NCBI RefSeq assembly: GCF_009834535.1
Contig: NC_045707.1
Span: forward strand, 50,160,001 to 50,224,000
DNA length: 64,000 nucleotides
Direction: 5' to 3'
DNA from: Camelus ferus
Lineage: Eukaryota
Position numbers and translations under genes: made by a program. This document shows, in pieces, positions 1-13,600 of the stretch; position 1 is the stretch's first letter, and each line of letters begins with the position of its first letter. The notes below the pieces were generated by a model that saw only the letters and a list, made by a program, of their open reading frames with translations, was not told where the DNA came from and ran no database searches.

Positions 1-538
1 TAATACAGCAAAATAATAGCAGCAAAACCATTAAAAATCTATGTCTTTTTTTGCCCCCCTCAATGGTTTAGAAGACCCATTTGGGTCAAATACTATAAAC
101 ATCTCTGTGGAATTCCTCAAAATCATGCTTGGTCTAAATGAGGGCTCCTCTGACAGCTGTCCCTGTCCTGTTAGCATGCAGACTGTAAGTAATACTACTA
201 CTGAAAGGCTGGCTGCTTAACTTCAATGCTGGGCTGGTTTACAGGGAGGCAGAAGCTTTCTCACGTCTGTTAGACGTGAACTGTACAGTCCGGCGGGCCA
301 CACTGCGGGGACCAGGCTGGTAAAACAGACACACTCGATACACTTAGCGTAACAGAAGCACTTCTACCACAAAGGCACTGCCAGGCAGAAGCAGAAATGG
401 CCTGTGTGTCGGGAAGGCTTTCCTTCTAAGTCTCCTGTTGGGGTTTCAGATTGGAACTTCCCCTAGGCTTTCCACCTTCAGATGCTCTCTGGATGTACTG
501 AGTTCTCTTCTTGTTCACCCTGCCTGGCCACAATTTTA

Positions 539-592
539 TTTATTTTATTTTATTATATAAAACAAATAACATATATAATAAAATAAAATAAA
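539..592. repeat. Perfect 21-bp AT-only inverted repeat with 12-nt spacer
   Basis: TTTATTTTATTTTATTATATA (539-559) / TATATAATAAAATAAAATAAA (572-592). Confidence 0.9.
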
Positions 593-2074
593 GGATGCAA
601 TTAGATATATTATTTCCCCACTGCTCTAAGCCTTCTCAGGTCCTTTGTTACTTATTTGTCCCCACAATTCTATCAAAAATATACTGGCATCTTTTGAAGC
701 AGGGTGTCTGTCTTGTTAGCAGAAAGCTCCTATCTTGTTTTAAACACTAAAGTGTCACTTTGCATAGCTCCTGGGTTTAACTAACCTTTATTGGCCAACA
801 TGAGAGTTGCCCAATTTCTGGTGGGATAGAATGGGACCTTTCCACTGAGTAAAACAAAATACTAATAAATAAATGTACACCCTAAAAGAGCGCTGGTTCT
901 GCACAAATTAGAAGAGATTATTTGCACACCTCAGGATTAATGATCAATTAGCCGAAGTCCTGATCCTATTAGAAATGCTAATCTCGTGAGAACAGAGAGA
1001 ACCAACCACTTGTGAAAAGGCTGAGCCGTCCAGGCTGTGCCTGGCCCCACTGTCCTGGCTTTGTGAGAAAGGAAGAAAAAGGGGAGGGGAAAGAATATGT
1101 GCTCAGCGCCCACTAGATCCCAGACATTGGGCAAGGGGCTCTCACACACTCAGTGTAGTCAATCCTCATGCCAATCCTTCAAAGCAGGATTACAATCAGC
1201 CTTGCTCCTGATGGAAAACCTGAAGATCAACGAGATTAAGTCACTGGACCTGGGCCACACAGCCAGGAAGTGACAAACCTAGAAGTGGGGGGACTTGAAC
1301 CCAGGGTTTTATGAGTCCAGAGTCTGCCATGTTCTCGTTACAGCAATTGTGGGGTTTGGTTAGACAGTCGGTGGCAACGTTCAGGTTATTAAAGACCAAA
1401 GATCAAGGTACAGGTCACCTCTGCATGGCTGAATCCAGTCTCCTGCCGTGACTCCAGGACTCACTCCCACGCTGACTGTATCACATATATTTGAAATGAG
1501 AAGTCACGTTATCCCAGATGGACTCCAGCATGTCATGACCTTTGGCATCAGGATTTATGGCCACGGCCCTAATGCTGAACATGTGACCCTGTATCTTTTG
1601 AGCAGGGGCTGGCCCATGAGTAGAAAGGGCTTGAGGACCGAGGAGCCATTCTCTCTCCCTAACCAACTTACATTTTTATGGAAATTCCACCATTATAAAA
1701 TCATTCCTTAGGACGTGCTTTCTCCTCTCCAGAATATCCTATTGAAGTACATAGACCCTTAAAAAGGCAACACCTGAAACTTATTTAGTACCCAGCATCC
1801 TGGCAGGAGGTAGCTGGGTGAGGCCTGGAGGCCAGGTACTCCAATAAAAAACCAGGTAGGAGAGTTTTAGAAAAGAAATTTCTCCTTTACTGCATCCTCC
1901 CTCACCTTGTGTTCAGTCCTGTCAGTATGTTTCAATTTTTCTCTTGATAAAGTATCAGTAATCATGAGACATTGGGGACATGAGTTTAAATCAACCAGAC
2001 ATGGAAACATGAAATGGACTCAAATGATTGGTTTCATAGAACCACAAACCAAACTAACTTTTAACATTTGTATT

Positions 2075-2545
2075 TTTAATAAACATTTAATTTTAGAATT
2101 GTTTCAGATTTATAGAAAAGTTGTGGAGATATTAGAGAGAGTTCGCATTTATCTTACACCAGTTTCTCCTGTTGGTGACATCTGACATCAGCACGGCACA
2201 CCCGTCACAACTGAGGAACCCAAAGTGGTATCACATTACAGACCAAAGGCTGTACTTGATTCAGTCTTCCTTAGTTTTCACCTAATGTCCTTTTCTGTTC
2301 CCATCCAGCTGTCATGTCTCTTTCAGCTCCTCTAGACGGTCAGTTTCTCAGACTTTCCCTGTTTGTGATGACCTTGACAGTTTGAGGAGTACTGGCCAGG
2401 TAATAAAGAAAATGTTTCAATTTGGGTTTATGCGACATTTTTCTCATGGTTAGTCGTGGGCTTTGGGGGGGGGACAACCTCAGAAGGAAAGTGCCTGTCT
2501 CATCACACCATATCAAGGGTACCTGACAGACCACTGTTGACTGAA
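2075..2545 (-). mobile_element. Old LINE-1 3' UTR fragment (L1MC-like)
   Basis: ttttagaattgtttcagatttatagaaaagttg...gaccttgacagtttgaggagtactggccagg resembles an L1MC 3' end. Confidence 0.6.
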
Positions 2546-4834
2546 CATTTATTTTTAAAGAAAATAAATCATGTGACAAGCCAGTCTGAACAAGAGCCAG
2601 ACCTGTCCATTTTCTAAAATGACTGAACAGCACAAACTCAGATTGCCAAACTCTCTTGAGACAAATTCATGTTTCCTTCAGTCCAAGTTTCTGGCTATAA
2701 CATTTGTGCAAGCTCCTTTTGCAGAAAACATTTGGCGCTCCTAAGAAAAAAATGGCTCTTAAATATAGAATATAGTTAAGATGTTACGTATGAAGAATGT
2801 CACTGAACCGCCTGTGAGTGAGAGCTGTCGTTCCCGAACACCAGCTGTGGAACCCTGCCTGCTGAGCCCGCAGGCCCCAGGTCCCTGGAAGGCAATATTA
2901 GCAATGAACCAGATTTCCACACTTCCCGCCTCCCCTGAATTCACAGCATTGCCAAACTGCCGGGCTGCTGCTAGGAGTTGGTCCCATTACCTTGTAGGGA
3001 AAGTGCTGGCAGAGCCACCTTTCCTTTGTGTTGCATAAGAACATCATCTTCATTTCAGCGATTTAACTCTGATTAAATTTAGACGTCAGCCTTTAAAGTT
3101 CTCTGAGAAGCTTTTAAACTCAGAAAGGGAAGAGGCATGCCAGTGGGTTCTCTGCAATCCCTTCCTACAGGCTCCTTTCAGAGCAGCTGGGTGAAGCCCA
3201 GCATCACTCAGAGAGCGGCCGTTTTCCAGGCAGGGAGGTGCCTGGTTGGAGCGGCTTCTCCCACTCTGCCTGGCCCTGCTGGGGGAAGGTGGCGGGGGCT
3301 CCCTGCACCGCCTGCATCTTTCTAGTTTCAATTACTTCCTTCACTTTCTTGATTCTCAGGTAAATATAGTCTGCAGTGGGTTTTTTTTTAAATTTCACTT
3401 TTATTACTCATTTTTTTTTTTTTTTGGCTCTTTCAATTTTTCCTCTCTTGCTAAACCATCCTATATTTTTCCTCTTCCTGTTTTGGCCCTCCCGTCCCCA
3501 GCCCTTGTGCTTTCACTGAACACCCAAGGCTGTTTCCCCTGATGAGTGTGCTTTCCTGTGCTCTCCACTGCCTTCCTGCCATTAGGGTGAGTGCAGGGGA
3601 GCCGGGATGCGATGGCATAGCCTTCTTCCCTGCCTGGGGCTGAGGCAGGCCCACTGCAGGGACACACATGGTTCCTTCCCCAGGTCTCCTCCCCACACCC
3701 CTTTTAATTTGTTCTCCTAACAATCTCAAGGGTCTTACTGCTGCAAATTGCATTTTAGGGTTTTCATCCCATGTGTTCTGCATGCTCACCGTGCAGAAAA
3801 CTAAGCAGAACTACCAAATGACCTAAAAAGAGGTCCTGGGAATCCCTGCAGTGGGTTATGGCCACTGCAGATGGCACCGTCTTCCATTTACGAGGGTCCT
3901 TAAAGGATGTGTAAGAAGGAGTTTTGTAATCAGGGCCATACGCTCCAGGCTTCGTTACCAGGACAGATCTTCCACATTACACAATCCCCAGGTGCTTTGA
4001 TCTCTGCTGTCCTGGTCAGTATACTCAGCTGGATAAATAACATTAGTCCAAGCACAGCTTCCTGGACACATGGTAAAAAGTGATAATGTCTTACATCTTC
4101 TAGAAGCACAGGTGCTTCAGATCAATGAGGCAAATCTTGTGGAAACAACTAATGCTAAGCCAAAAAAGCTTTTATGTTCACAGGTTCAGAACTGGAAGGT
4201 AAAAGGAATTTTCTGGGAGCGAAAAATATTCCCTTTAGAGCTAATGGATTGTTAACATTCAGCATGGTTTATTGTGCTCTTAAAAAAGAAGAAAAGAAAA
4301 ACAACCAAAACAACAAAAGTAATAAAACCTGCACCATCACCATCAGCTTATTACAACAGTTAACTTTCTGCTTATGAGATTTTCAAAGACGACTCCCCTG
4401 AAAGCTTGACAAAATACACTATTATGAAACAGATGATCATTCTCCAGGTTTGCTCTTATCAGAACAGATCCAGGTGGAACGGGAGACTCCTACTGGAATA
4501 TGGCTCACTTCCGATTGTTTAGAAATGTTTCTCATGACTGACTAGATAGCTTCATAATTGGGTTCATGAGGATAAATTTGTCAAGATTCCACTCCACGTG
4601 GCATGGATATTCTCAACTCAAACTCTCAAAAGATACTCCTCTGTACATTCATAGGCAAATACCAAAAGACTCATTCTAGCTTTTCTCCAGTTGGGAGCAG
4701 TGATGTAGAAGCAAGTCTCATTCTGTTGGTAAAGACTATTGCGTGACTTTAAGAAGATCCTTTATCGTCAGGGTCTCTGCACTCTCGTGCTTAGACTAGG
4801 GTCTAGCCCTAATAATCTGTGTCCCTAATTAAAG

Positions 4835-5080
4835 CAGTGATGAGGAAAGAGGGTTCTGCAGTCAAATAGCTGTGGTTTCAAATAGTGGCTCCACCCTAAA
4901 GCAGTTATGTATTGTTGGACAACACAGATAACCTTTTGGAGCCTCAATTTCCTCATCTGTAAAATGGTTACAATAATAGCACCTTCCTGAAAAGGTTGGG
5001 GGTAAAGGTTAAATGAGACGATTACATGAAACACTTAGCTTAGGGCCTGGTATTATAGGTGCTGGATAAATGTTAGCTCT
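4835..5080 (+). mobile_element. MIR SINE
   Basis: Core gagcctcaatttcctcatctgtaaaatgg...ttaaatgag...aaatgttagct. Confidence 0.8.
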
Positions 5081-6470
5081 CATTCATGGAGGCCACATTA
5101 TTACAATAAGCGGTTTATCTCTATGTGGTTTCCACCTTTTTCACTAAATTGATCAACTGTTCTTGGGATGGATCAGGCGGATGAGCTATGGAAGACCGAG
5201 ACGCTTACTGTTATAAATTCAGAGGCATCAGCATTCCTGCTTCTAGGGTTTTTGATGCAAAACAATAATTAGGTGTGTTGTGTCCTCTCTGGACGGCTTC
5301 CAATGAACACGACTATCTACTAGGAAAGCAAATGTCCCACGGGAAATGTGGGGTTTTTTTTCCTGAATGGTTTCTGAGCCAGGATGAATAAGGTTCAAAA
5401 ATAATAATTTTGGACAAATGATAATAGATTATAGGGGCATGTACCTTCTAGAAGTGTATGCCTGTCAGGGGAAATGCTTTCTGTCCCAATCAAGATATTA
5501 CAGCTAATCCCAATTAAACAGCAGCAGAGCACTTTGTCATAGATGAAAAAGCCAGCAGTGAGTTAGGTGGAAGGGGAGACGTGAGGCCCGTGGTACTGAC
5601 CAGGGAAGGGAAGGCCAGGTTTCTGGCCCACTTAAGCTAGCCTAGAACACTTGTGAAAGTGTGAGCCTCAGTGTTCTCATCTGCAAAATCAGGATACTGC
5701 CTGCCCCGTCCTGGTCACAGGACCAAAGGAGATCAAGTGCAAGAAAGGGCTCTCCAAAACCACGGAACATTCCACAGACGCAAGGTACTCATTTAGATTC
5801 CCAACGAGAAAAACAAATACTGAACTAAGTCATTGGAAGCAAAAGCCTCCCTGAAAGATATTCATTCTCTGAATTTATTCAAAATCAAAGATTTCCTATT
5901 TTGATTTTCCTCATATGAAGTGTACCAAACACATCGCTACTTCACACAAACAACCATTTCCACCCAGGGAAGTAAGGACACCCGAATCCCCTTCTCCCAT
6001 TGGACAGACCCAGGGGCTACCTATGGGCCAAGCAGACTTGAAATCACATTTGCTTTGGTCTCCCTCCTCGATAGCAAGCACCTTGCCTGCCCAGTTCATC
6101 AGTACCTGGTCCAGGACAGCACAAAGAGAGAATATATTCTGTATGTACACGGAATAGGCACTCAGCAGATGTTTGCTGAATGAGAGATGACACAGAGATT
6201 CTTCCCTACTAGGCTGCTACAGTGGTGTCTGCAGCAAAAGCAAACAATGGAAGAAGAACGGAGAGAAGAAAGGAGAAAAAGGAGGAAGAGGAGAAATTTT
6301 AACAGGTTGAGGAGGACTCTGGTCAAGGTTTCAGGAACTCCCTCTCCCATGCACCCCTTTCCCGGCTCCCTCTTGCACCCTAAACTCCATGGGGAGAAGG
6401 CTAGTCACTGCTGATTCAGGATACTTTTCAAACCAAAGCTGAAAACAACTTCAAAAGAATGTGACATCTT

Positions 6471-7372
6471 GAACAAGCAATTCTCCAAGGAAGACATGCA
6501 AATGATCAATAGGCATATGAAAAAAATGCTCAATATCACTAATTATCAAAGAAATGCAAATCAAAACTACAATGAGGTATCACCTCACACCAGTCAGAAT
6601 AGCCATCATTCAAAAATCCACAAATGACAAATGCTGGAGAGGCTGTGAAGAAAAGGGAACCCTCCTACACTGCTGGTGGGAATGCAGTTTGGTGCAGCCA
6701 CTGTGGAAAACAGTATGGAGATTCCTCAAAAGACTAGGAATAGACTTACCTGCTACTTATCCTGCTCCTGGGCATATATCAAGAAGGAACCCTACTTCAA
6801 AATGACACCTGCACCCCAATGTTTATAGCAGCACTATTTACAATAGCCAAGACATGGAAATAGCCTAAATGTGTATCAACAGATGCCTGGATAAAGAAGA
6901 TATGGTATATTTATACAATGGAATACTATTCAGCCATAAAAACCAACAACATAACGCCATTTGCAGCAACATGGATGCTCCTAGAGAATGTCATTCTAAG
7001 TGAAGTAAGCCAGAAAGAGAAAGAAAAATACCATGTTAGATCGCTCATATGTGGAATCTAAAAAACAAAAACAAGAAAACAAAGCATAAATACAAAACAG
7101 AAATAGACTCATAGACATAGAATACAAACTTGTGGTTGCCAAGGGGGTGGAGGGTGGGAAGGGATAGACGGGATTTCAAAATTGTAGAATAGATAAACAA
7201 GATTATACTGTATAGCACAGGGAAATATACAGACGATCTTATGGTAGCTGAAAAAAATGTGACAATGAATATATATATGTTCATGTATAACTGAAAAATT
7301 GTGCTCTACACTGGAATTTGACACATTGTAAAATGATTATAAATCAATAAAAAATGTTAAAAAAAAAAAAAA
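6471..7372 (+). mobile_element. Young 5'-truncated LINE-1 (ORF2 C-terminus, 3' UTR, poly-A) with ~18-bp TSD
   Basis: Encodes [44 protein letters not shown] (L1 ORF2 Cys-rich end); AATAAA and pure A tail; TSD AAAAGAATGTGACATCTT at 6453-6470 and 7373-7390. Confidence 0.95.
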
Positions 7373-7989
7373 AAAAGAATGTGACATCTTAAGGATACCA
7401 AATGCCATGACCAGGAGATGCTGCTTATAGGGAAGTAAAATACAGTCTGATTCTTTTTCAGTTGCTGTCGTGCAGAAACAGTGGTTCCAGCTGACTTTAA
7501 AATTGCTGCCTGAATGAAGGAATGAGGATCTTCTGGGAAATACAGGCTTCTAATGGAGGGTTGTGGTTTGAAAAGGTTCCCACGCAGTGATTTTTAAAAT
7601 GCCTATTGACCTCACTGCAGCGGCTGCTTTTCCATCATAATCTGTTATATAATTACTGTGCAACTTCGGCGCTGCCTCTTACAAAACCGATTTAAACTTA
7701 CCCACCTAGACCAGCATCACTGACCTTTTTCTAGAATCTGTGGGGCTTATTGGAATTGCACTGGCAGAGCTAGAGAATCTGGGTGATTTCAACAAAATTA
7801 ACCTCGGGAAAATTGGTTCAAGGGCTCCTTTTCCTTCCCAGGCTTGCGATGGATGCTGTAAAGCCAACGCTTGAATTTGACTGGCTTGAGAAAAATTGAG
7901 TTTGGTGCCTTAGTAAGTATTTGACCCCAACTGCTTCTCACCACTTTCCAAATCATTGCATATTAAAGCCTGCAGCATGTGAGAAGCTA

Positions 7990-8300
7990 TTTTAGTCCGA
8001 ATCCTGTGATGGAAATAACAGAAGCAGAGTTTGGATATCTTAAGCAAACAAATGAATTTACTGGAAGGATACAGCAGAGCTCACAGAGCAGAAGGAGAAG
8101 CCGAGAAGTGGCTTTGTAAAAGGATGAGAGAAGCTCTAGGAATTCAGGTGTTAGGAACCACCAGTTCCTTTGGCCATTGTTACCAGAGCAAATGATTTAG
8201 AAGCATTCTCAGTTTTTGTGTCACTTCCCTCCACACTGAAATTCCGGGTCAAGAGCATCTGGGAGACCCAGTTCCAGTTACGTGTGCGGCCTCCCCGTGG
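7990..8300. mobile_element. MaLR LTR fragment (MLT1-like)
   Basis: aacagaagc...ttaagcaaacaaatgaatttactggaaggatac...gctcacag pattern. Confidence 0.45.
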
Positions 8301-10596
8301 GGTAGGCACCAGGATGGACCAGCACTGCTCCCGCGGGGAAACGCGGGTCTCCAGGGAACAGGGCAGGCCCCCCGTCAGGCTGGAGCAGCCTGGCAGGCGG
8401 GGAGAGCAGTGCTGAAGGCAGAGCCCTGGCGTGGGTCCTCCTATTCTTACTCGCCCTCCTCCAGCTCCGCCTCTCCCTCGCTGGCCCCCGTCTGCACCGA
8501 GCTAGCACGCCAGCCACGCCCACAGCAGGACCCCCGACCCCCAACAGCCTCGGAGGTGCGAGTGGCTTAGAGTTTTTGCAAAAGGAGAAAAATGGGTAAA
8601 AGGAATAACACTGGAGAGAGGAATGGGTATCATGCCCTCCTTTCGAGCTGCTGAGTTGGTTTCAGTTCTCCTCGGGCTGACAAATTTTTTATTTCATTTG
8701 AGGAAAACTCAAATGATACTGCTCCTGCAGTACTACTGAATCTGCTATTTGTGATTCTGTTTAAGTGTAAGGAGAAAACAAAGATACAGTAATAGCCGAT
8801 GATTTTTAAAATTCCTTTCCTAGAACTGACTTCTCTAAACTTTTTTATTACATCATTCAATTAATTATAACATGTGTAATTAATTTAAAATGTTCTTTTA
8901 TTGATGAGACAAACAACAACAAAAAATGGAGGGTGCCAAAGAAGTAGAGAGGTTGCTGGGCAGACACACCATCCTCATCCCCACCCCCACCCCCACCCCC
9001 GCCGCCACAAGGCAGCACGCTCATTGCACTCTAATCCGTGATGGCTTCTGCTCCAGGGCTTCCATCTAAGTGACCTCTCAGGTGATACAACCTAACAATC
9101 TATCATGCACCCGGGACTTCATCCCAATGCAGCCCAGGAATGGAACGAAACAGCACACACTGGAGAAACCTCTTCCAGTATTATGCCTGACAGGGTCTAG
9201 TTTGGAGAATATCCAACTCTGCTGTTGCTTCACAAAATATAAGGGCTTGTGGCTCTTTATCTGTTACATCTTTTAAAGCTTTGGGATGTTTTACACAGTT
9301 CAGTAGAAAGTTAATAATCGACTTTGATTCATGTTAGAGCAAACCAGTGTGCTCATTCTGCTTTTCTCTTTTTCCTTTCAGTTCAAATTCCCTCCTCTAG
9401 CCCTGCAAATTTCCCTCATGCCTCTGACACTAGAAGCCCACCAAAGCAGAATGGAGCCGATGTTCACTGGACACCTGTCGCACGACAAGCACGACAAGTG
9501 TCTGCATGTATGTGTTCACTTACACTTGTAGTATCTTCAGTGAACATGTGTGCAACCCAAGATCCAGTGAGGCTGAAAAACGTTTCCAGGGTCACACAGC
9601 TAGTCATTGGTAAGTTCAAGTTGGAACCTATGTCTGTGTGATTTCAAAGCACATTCTTTCCACTGAATTATGTCAATTAAGATAGTTAGATATCAGTTCA
9701 GCAGGACCTACTACATATCCCAGGAACAAATTCATGCTAGGAGTTCCTGAAGACCAAAATGCCAGAAGAGATGGCTGAGTGGAAGCAGAAAGAATCTTGT
9801 ATCTGACATACAGTCTCTTGGTCCTCTCTCTTTCCCGTGGGGAGAACCCAGAGGGTGAGGGAGCCGACTGAGTACCACTGAGTTCAGTGTTGAGTGGCTT
9901 AGGTCAGGGAGAAGGATCACCACAGGCTGGGAAACCATAAAGTAACTGTGGAATCTTATAGACTGGACAAAACAAAGGTTTCATTTAAACGGACACTGAT
10001 TCATTCTTTCATACAATGAGTATTTATTGTTGGTGTCTATGAGTGTCTACAAGGGGCAAGCAACCAGAGATGAATAAGGCACGGTTCTCCCTCCAAAGGC
10101 TTCAGTGTCTACTGGGAAGAGAGTGAAGTTAACAAGCTGTCAGAGGACACTAGGATAATATATATTTTCACTGCATTTAGATGCCCCTTCTATAATCAGT
10201 GTGTCGTAGGCACATGCTGGGTTTTGACCACGCATTATTCACTTCAATTTGACTTGCTTTGGAAGGATCGCCTCTCCCTCCCTGGAAGGTCTGGTGAGAC
10301 TGTTAAACCTTGCTGTCCTCAACCCTCTGCTCACCAACAAATAGCCCCCTCACCTAAGCTGGAACATTTACTCCCTGGAATGAAAACCTTGAAAAGAGGA
10401 TAGAAAGATAGAAAAAAATCTGTAGAAATGACAGAAGATCATTCATTCTGGGGCAGGGCACTGACAACAGTGTTGAATGGTTCCTAAACCTATCCCATCC
10501 CCTCCCCCGCCAGTTGGTTTTTTTTTTTTTTAATCAATTTCAGAGTCTTCTGGTCCCCCCAGAGAGCTGACAAAAATCCTTCTGATAAAGTCACCC

Positions 10597-10685
10597 TTTT
10601 TTTTTTTCCCAACAGAGGTACTGGGTACCGAACCCTGGACCTTGTGAATGCTAAGCACCCACTCTACCACTGAGCTATCTCCCCC
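10597..10685 (-). mobile_element. tRNA-derived SINE (camelid Vic-1-like)
   Basis: Reverse complement GGGGGAGATAGCTCAGTGGTAGAGTG...GTCCAGGGTTCGGTACCCAGTACCTCT plus A tail; Pol III A and B boxes. Confidence 0.8.
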
Positions 10686-13600
10686 ACCCCAGCTAAGTCC
10701 CACTGTTAAACAGCAAAAAGGCAAGATCCCCTTGGTGAGTTATGGGTTGTCTGGGGGCAAGACTAAAGGTGGGGAGACCAGTTAGCAGGCTCTTGTAGCA
10801 ATCCACGTGAGAGATGGCCAGAGACTGAACTCAGTGGCTGGAGAGTGAAAGAAGGAAAGATGGAGTCCTGAATCGGAAGAAACAGAGCTAGCTGGACTTG
10901 GTGACTATCGGGTGCAGAGAGCCAGGAGTGTGGAGTGACAGGAAGTCTTTCAGGGAACCAGCGTAGGGCAGCTCCCCTCAGCTCTCTTCTGTTGTCTGGA
11001 GGTTATGTTCTGACCTGGCCTTGGTTCTGACAGCATTTTCTTACTTGCTAAGGCTGCCCTCTTCCCCTCTAGCCTCCTAGCCTTGGGAGGAACACATCAC
11101 TTCCTCCTGAAAAATCATCTCCATTATCTAGGAAACTTGGCAGGAACACCAAATTCCTCTCTTTGCCATGCCTCCTAAGCCCGCAGGGTACATGTTCAGT
11201 AGATTCTTGGAAGCAGTCCTGGCCAGCACGGCGTCCTCCAACGTCAGCAAGCACACTCTGATGATGACTGTGTGTCACAAGGATACTACTTACTACACTG
11301 TGATCCCATCTGCATCCTCACCTGCGTGACCACAGCCCACGCAGTTCACACAACCTCACCACTCCTTCCCTATGGGGATTCCCAAGGGGTCCTGTGCCAT
11401 CAGCTCGGCTACAGAGGAAAGGTGTTCAGGTAGTCATGGGCATGCGGAAGGAACCCAGCAGCGCTTGGGTGTGCAGAGATGGACTCAGTGAACTGTGCTC
11501 TCTCGCCTCAGAAGGAGCGCACAGAGCACCAGCAAACAGCACCCTCCGTGAGTCAGTGCCCGCTCTGCCTGCCTGTCCTTTGCACCAATCTTTTGAACCA
11601 GTAAATACAGGAACACCTATAACTACAACCTCTTATCTGCAGGAAAATAAGCCAGTAGGAAAATTGTGCAAGACACTGAACAAACCATCTACAAGAACCA
11701 AGGGCTCCACCCTCCTGAGAAAGCCCCTAAACCCTAGATTTGGGGCGCTAACTTTGATGGAAAAGATGAACTGACCATGCCACTAGTTGGGTCTGTCTTT
11801 AGTTTCTCTTTTTGGAAGATGTTTTAGAACCTGAGTATTGAAAAAAAAAAAAAAACCAAAAACTGACAAACCTACTAGTGGCACTTGGAATATCTCATTA
11901 TTTCCTGGATGATCTTCTAAAATTTAAAAGCAAGCTATTGGTGTGTTCTAGTGGCTCTTGGAACCCCAGCATTTTCAAAACCATGTTACTGAATAACTCC
12001 TCTATTTAAGGTTGTCCAAGTAAATAATGTGCTACAGACACTCAAACTGTGAAGGAAATCTTGATGGATGGTAGAAAAAAAAGAAACAAAAATATCTCGC
12101 TCACAGTTTATGCTCCCAGGCAATTTTTGCTGGGTGATTAGATTACTGTATTTGTTACAGCTTGATCACCTGTATTTCATCTCAAATAAATTTTCTTCAG
12201 TTTCTTTGCCAACAAAGCACACTTGAGAAAAATGCCTCAAAATTAATTTATACTGCTTCACTGGTTTTATGCATTTTATATTTAAGGAAACAACAATTAG
12301 GATATTTCCAATGAAGAAAAGAACTCCATTTAAGCTGCCACAAATGTCAAAAGTTCCTGGCTATGCTAACACTTATGTAATTGTCCTGGAAACCCCACGT
12401 ACCAGAATAGACCTACAACACAAGGCATGACTCACCGAATATTTCTATGCACATACTCTCCCGAAAATGCACTCCAGTTGGTTTTTTTTTTTTTTTTCCA
12501 AAGGGGAAAAAAAAGAAAAAGACAAATTATGGTACATCAAATCCAAAAGTTCTTTCTGCAATTTTTTTGGAAAGTACTGCCCTTACACGATAGCATGAGA
12601 AGATGTTGCCGTTTTCATTAATAAAGCAGCCAGATGGGCTAGCATTAAAACAGGTTGAAACTCTGAAATCCTTCCTGAAAGAAAAAAAGTCACATAGAGA
12701 ACATGTGGGCTCTCAAGTTTCCAAATGGTCCTCATTTCCTCTTGCGACTTTATTCCCAAGTTTGTTTTTGAGAAGTGGTGGCTGGTAGCATATGACTGGT
12801 GTCCCAGTCTTGTGAGCAATGTTAAGGAAAATGACACACGCCAGAAAATGCCAATCAGGACAGCCAGGCCTGGCCCATACCAAGGCTCAGATACTCTGAG
12901 AGCTTTTTTTGGACACTGTCTCTAGGCCCAAATGCTTGTGGGAATTTACTAAAGCATACTGCATAACTTGTATCCCCAAAAGCCTATGTTTGGTGCTACT
13001 TTCAATACCAAGCGAGTGCGTTTTTCAATAGCAATCATCAGAACAGAGTTGAGGACTCCAATCAGAGGTGAGCCAAACCAGGTTTGTTCATGGGAGGGTT
13101 CCAGGGGCAGTTTTGCCAGGCAGCGGAAACAGGTTGCAGATGGGTATTCCTCTTTACGCAGCGGTGGGGCAGTTTAGCCACATGGTTGTCATCAGAAATT
13201 TTCAACAAGAGGTCTTCAGTCTGTATTCCACCTGAGGGAGCCAAGAGGAGTCTGGTGGACAGCAACCCCCAGAGGACCAAGCAGCCATAGCTGGAAATGC
13301 AGCGAGAGCTCAGAGCAGAACCCGGAGCCCAGCCTACCAGGGATGGGTGAGGTGAGCTGCTCACATTTCCTCTGCCTAAGAGCAGACCTGGGCCAATACC
13401 TGGGATGGGGCTGAGCTGCAGTGGGCCCCCATGGTCTTAGCCCAGGGCTGAGCCTGAATTCAGGCAAAGACGCCAGGCAGATGGCCAAATGCCGCCCACA
13501 CCAAAGTCCTGGTGGCTCCCAGCCCTGATTTTTCTCCCACAGTGTCATCCCTTTTTGCAAGCTGTTTTTGTTACCTGAAATTCTCAAGCTCAAACTCCTC

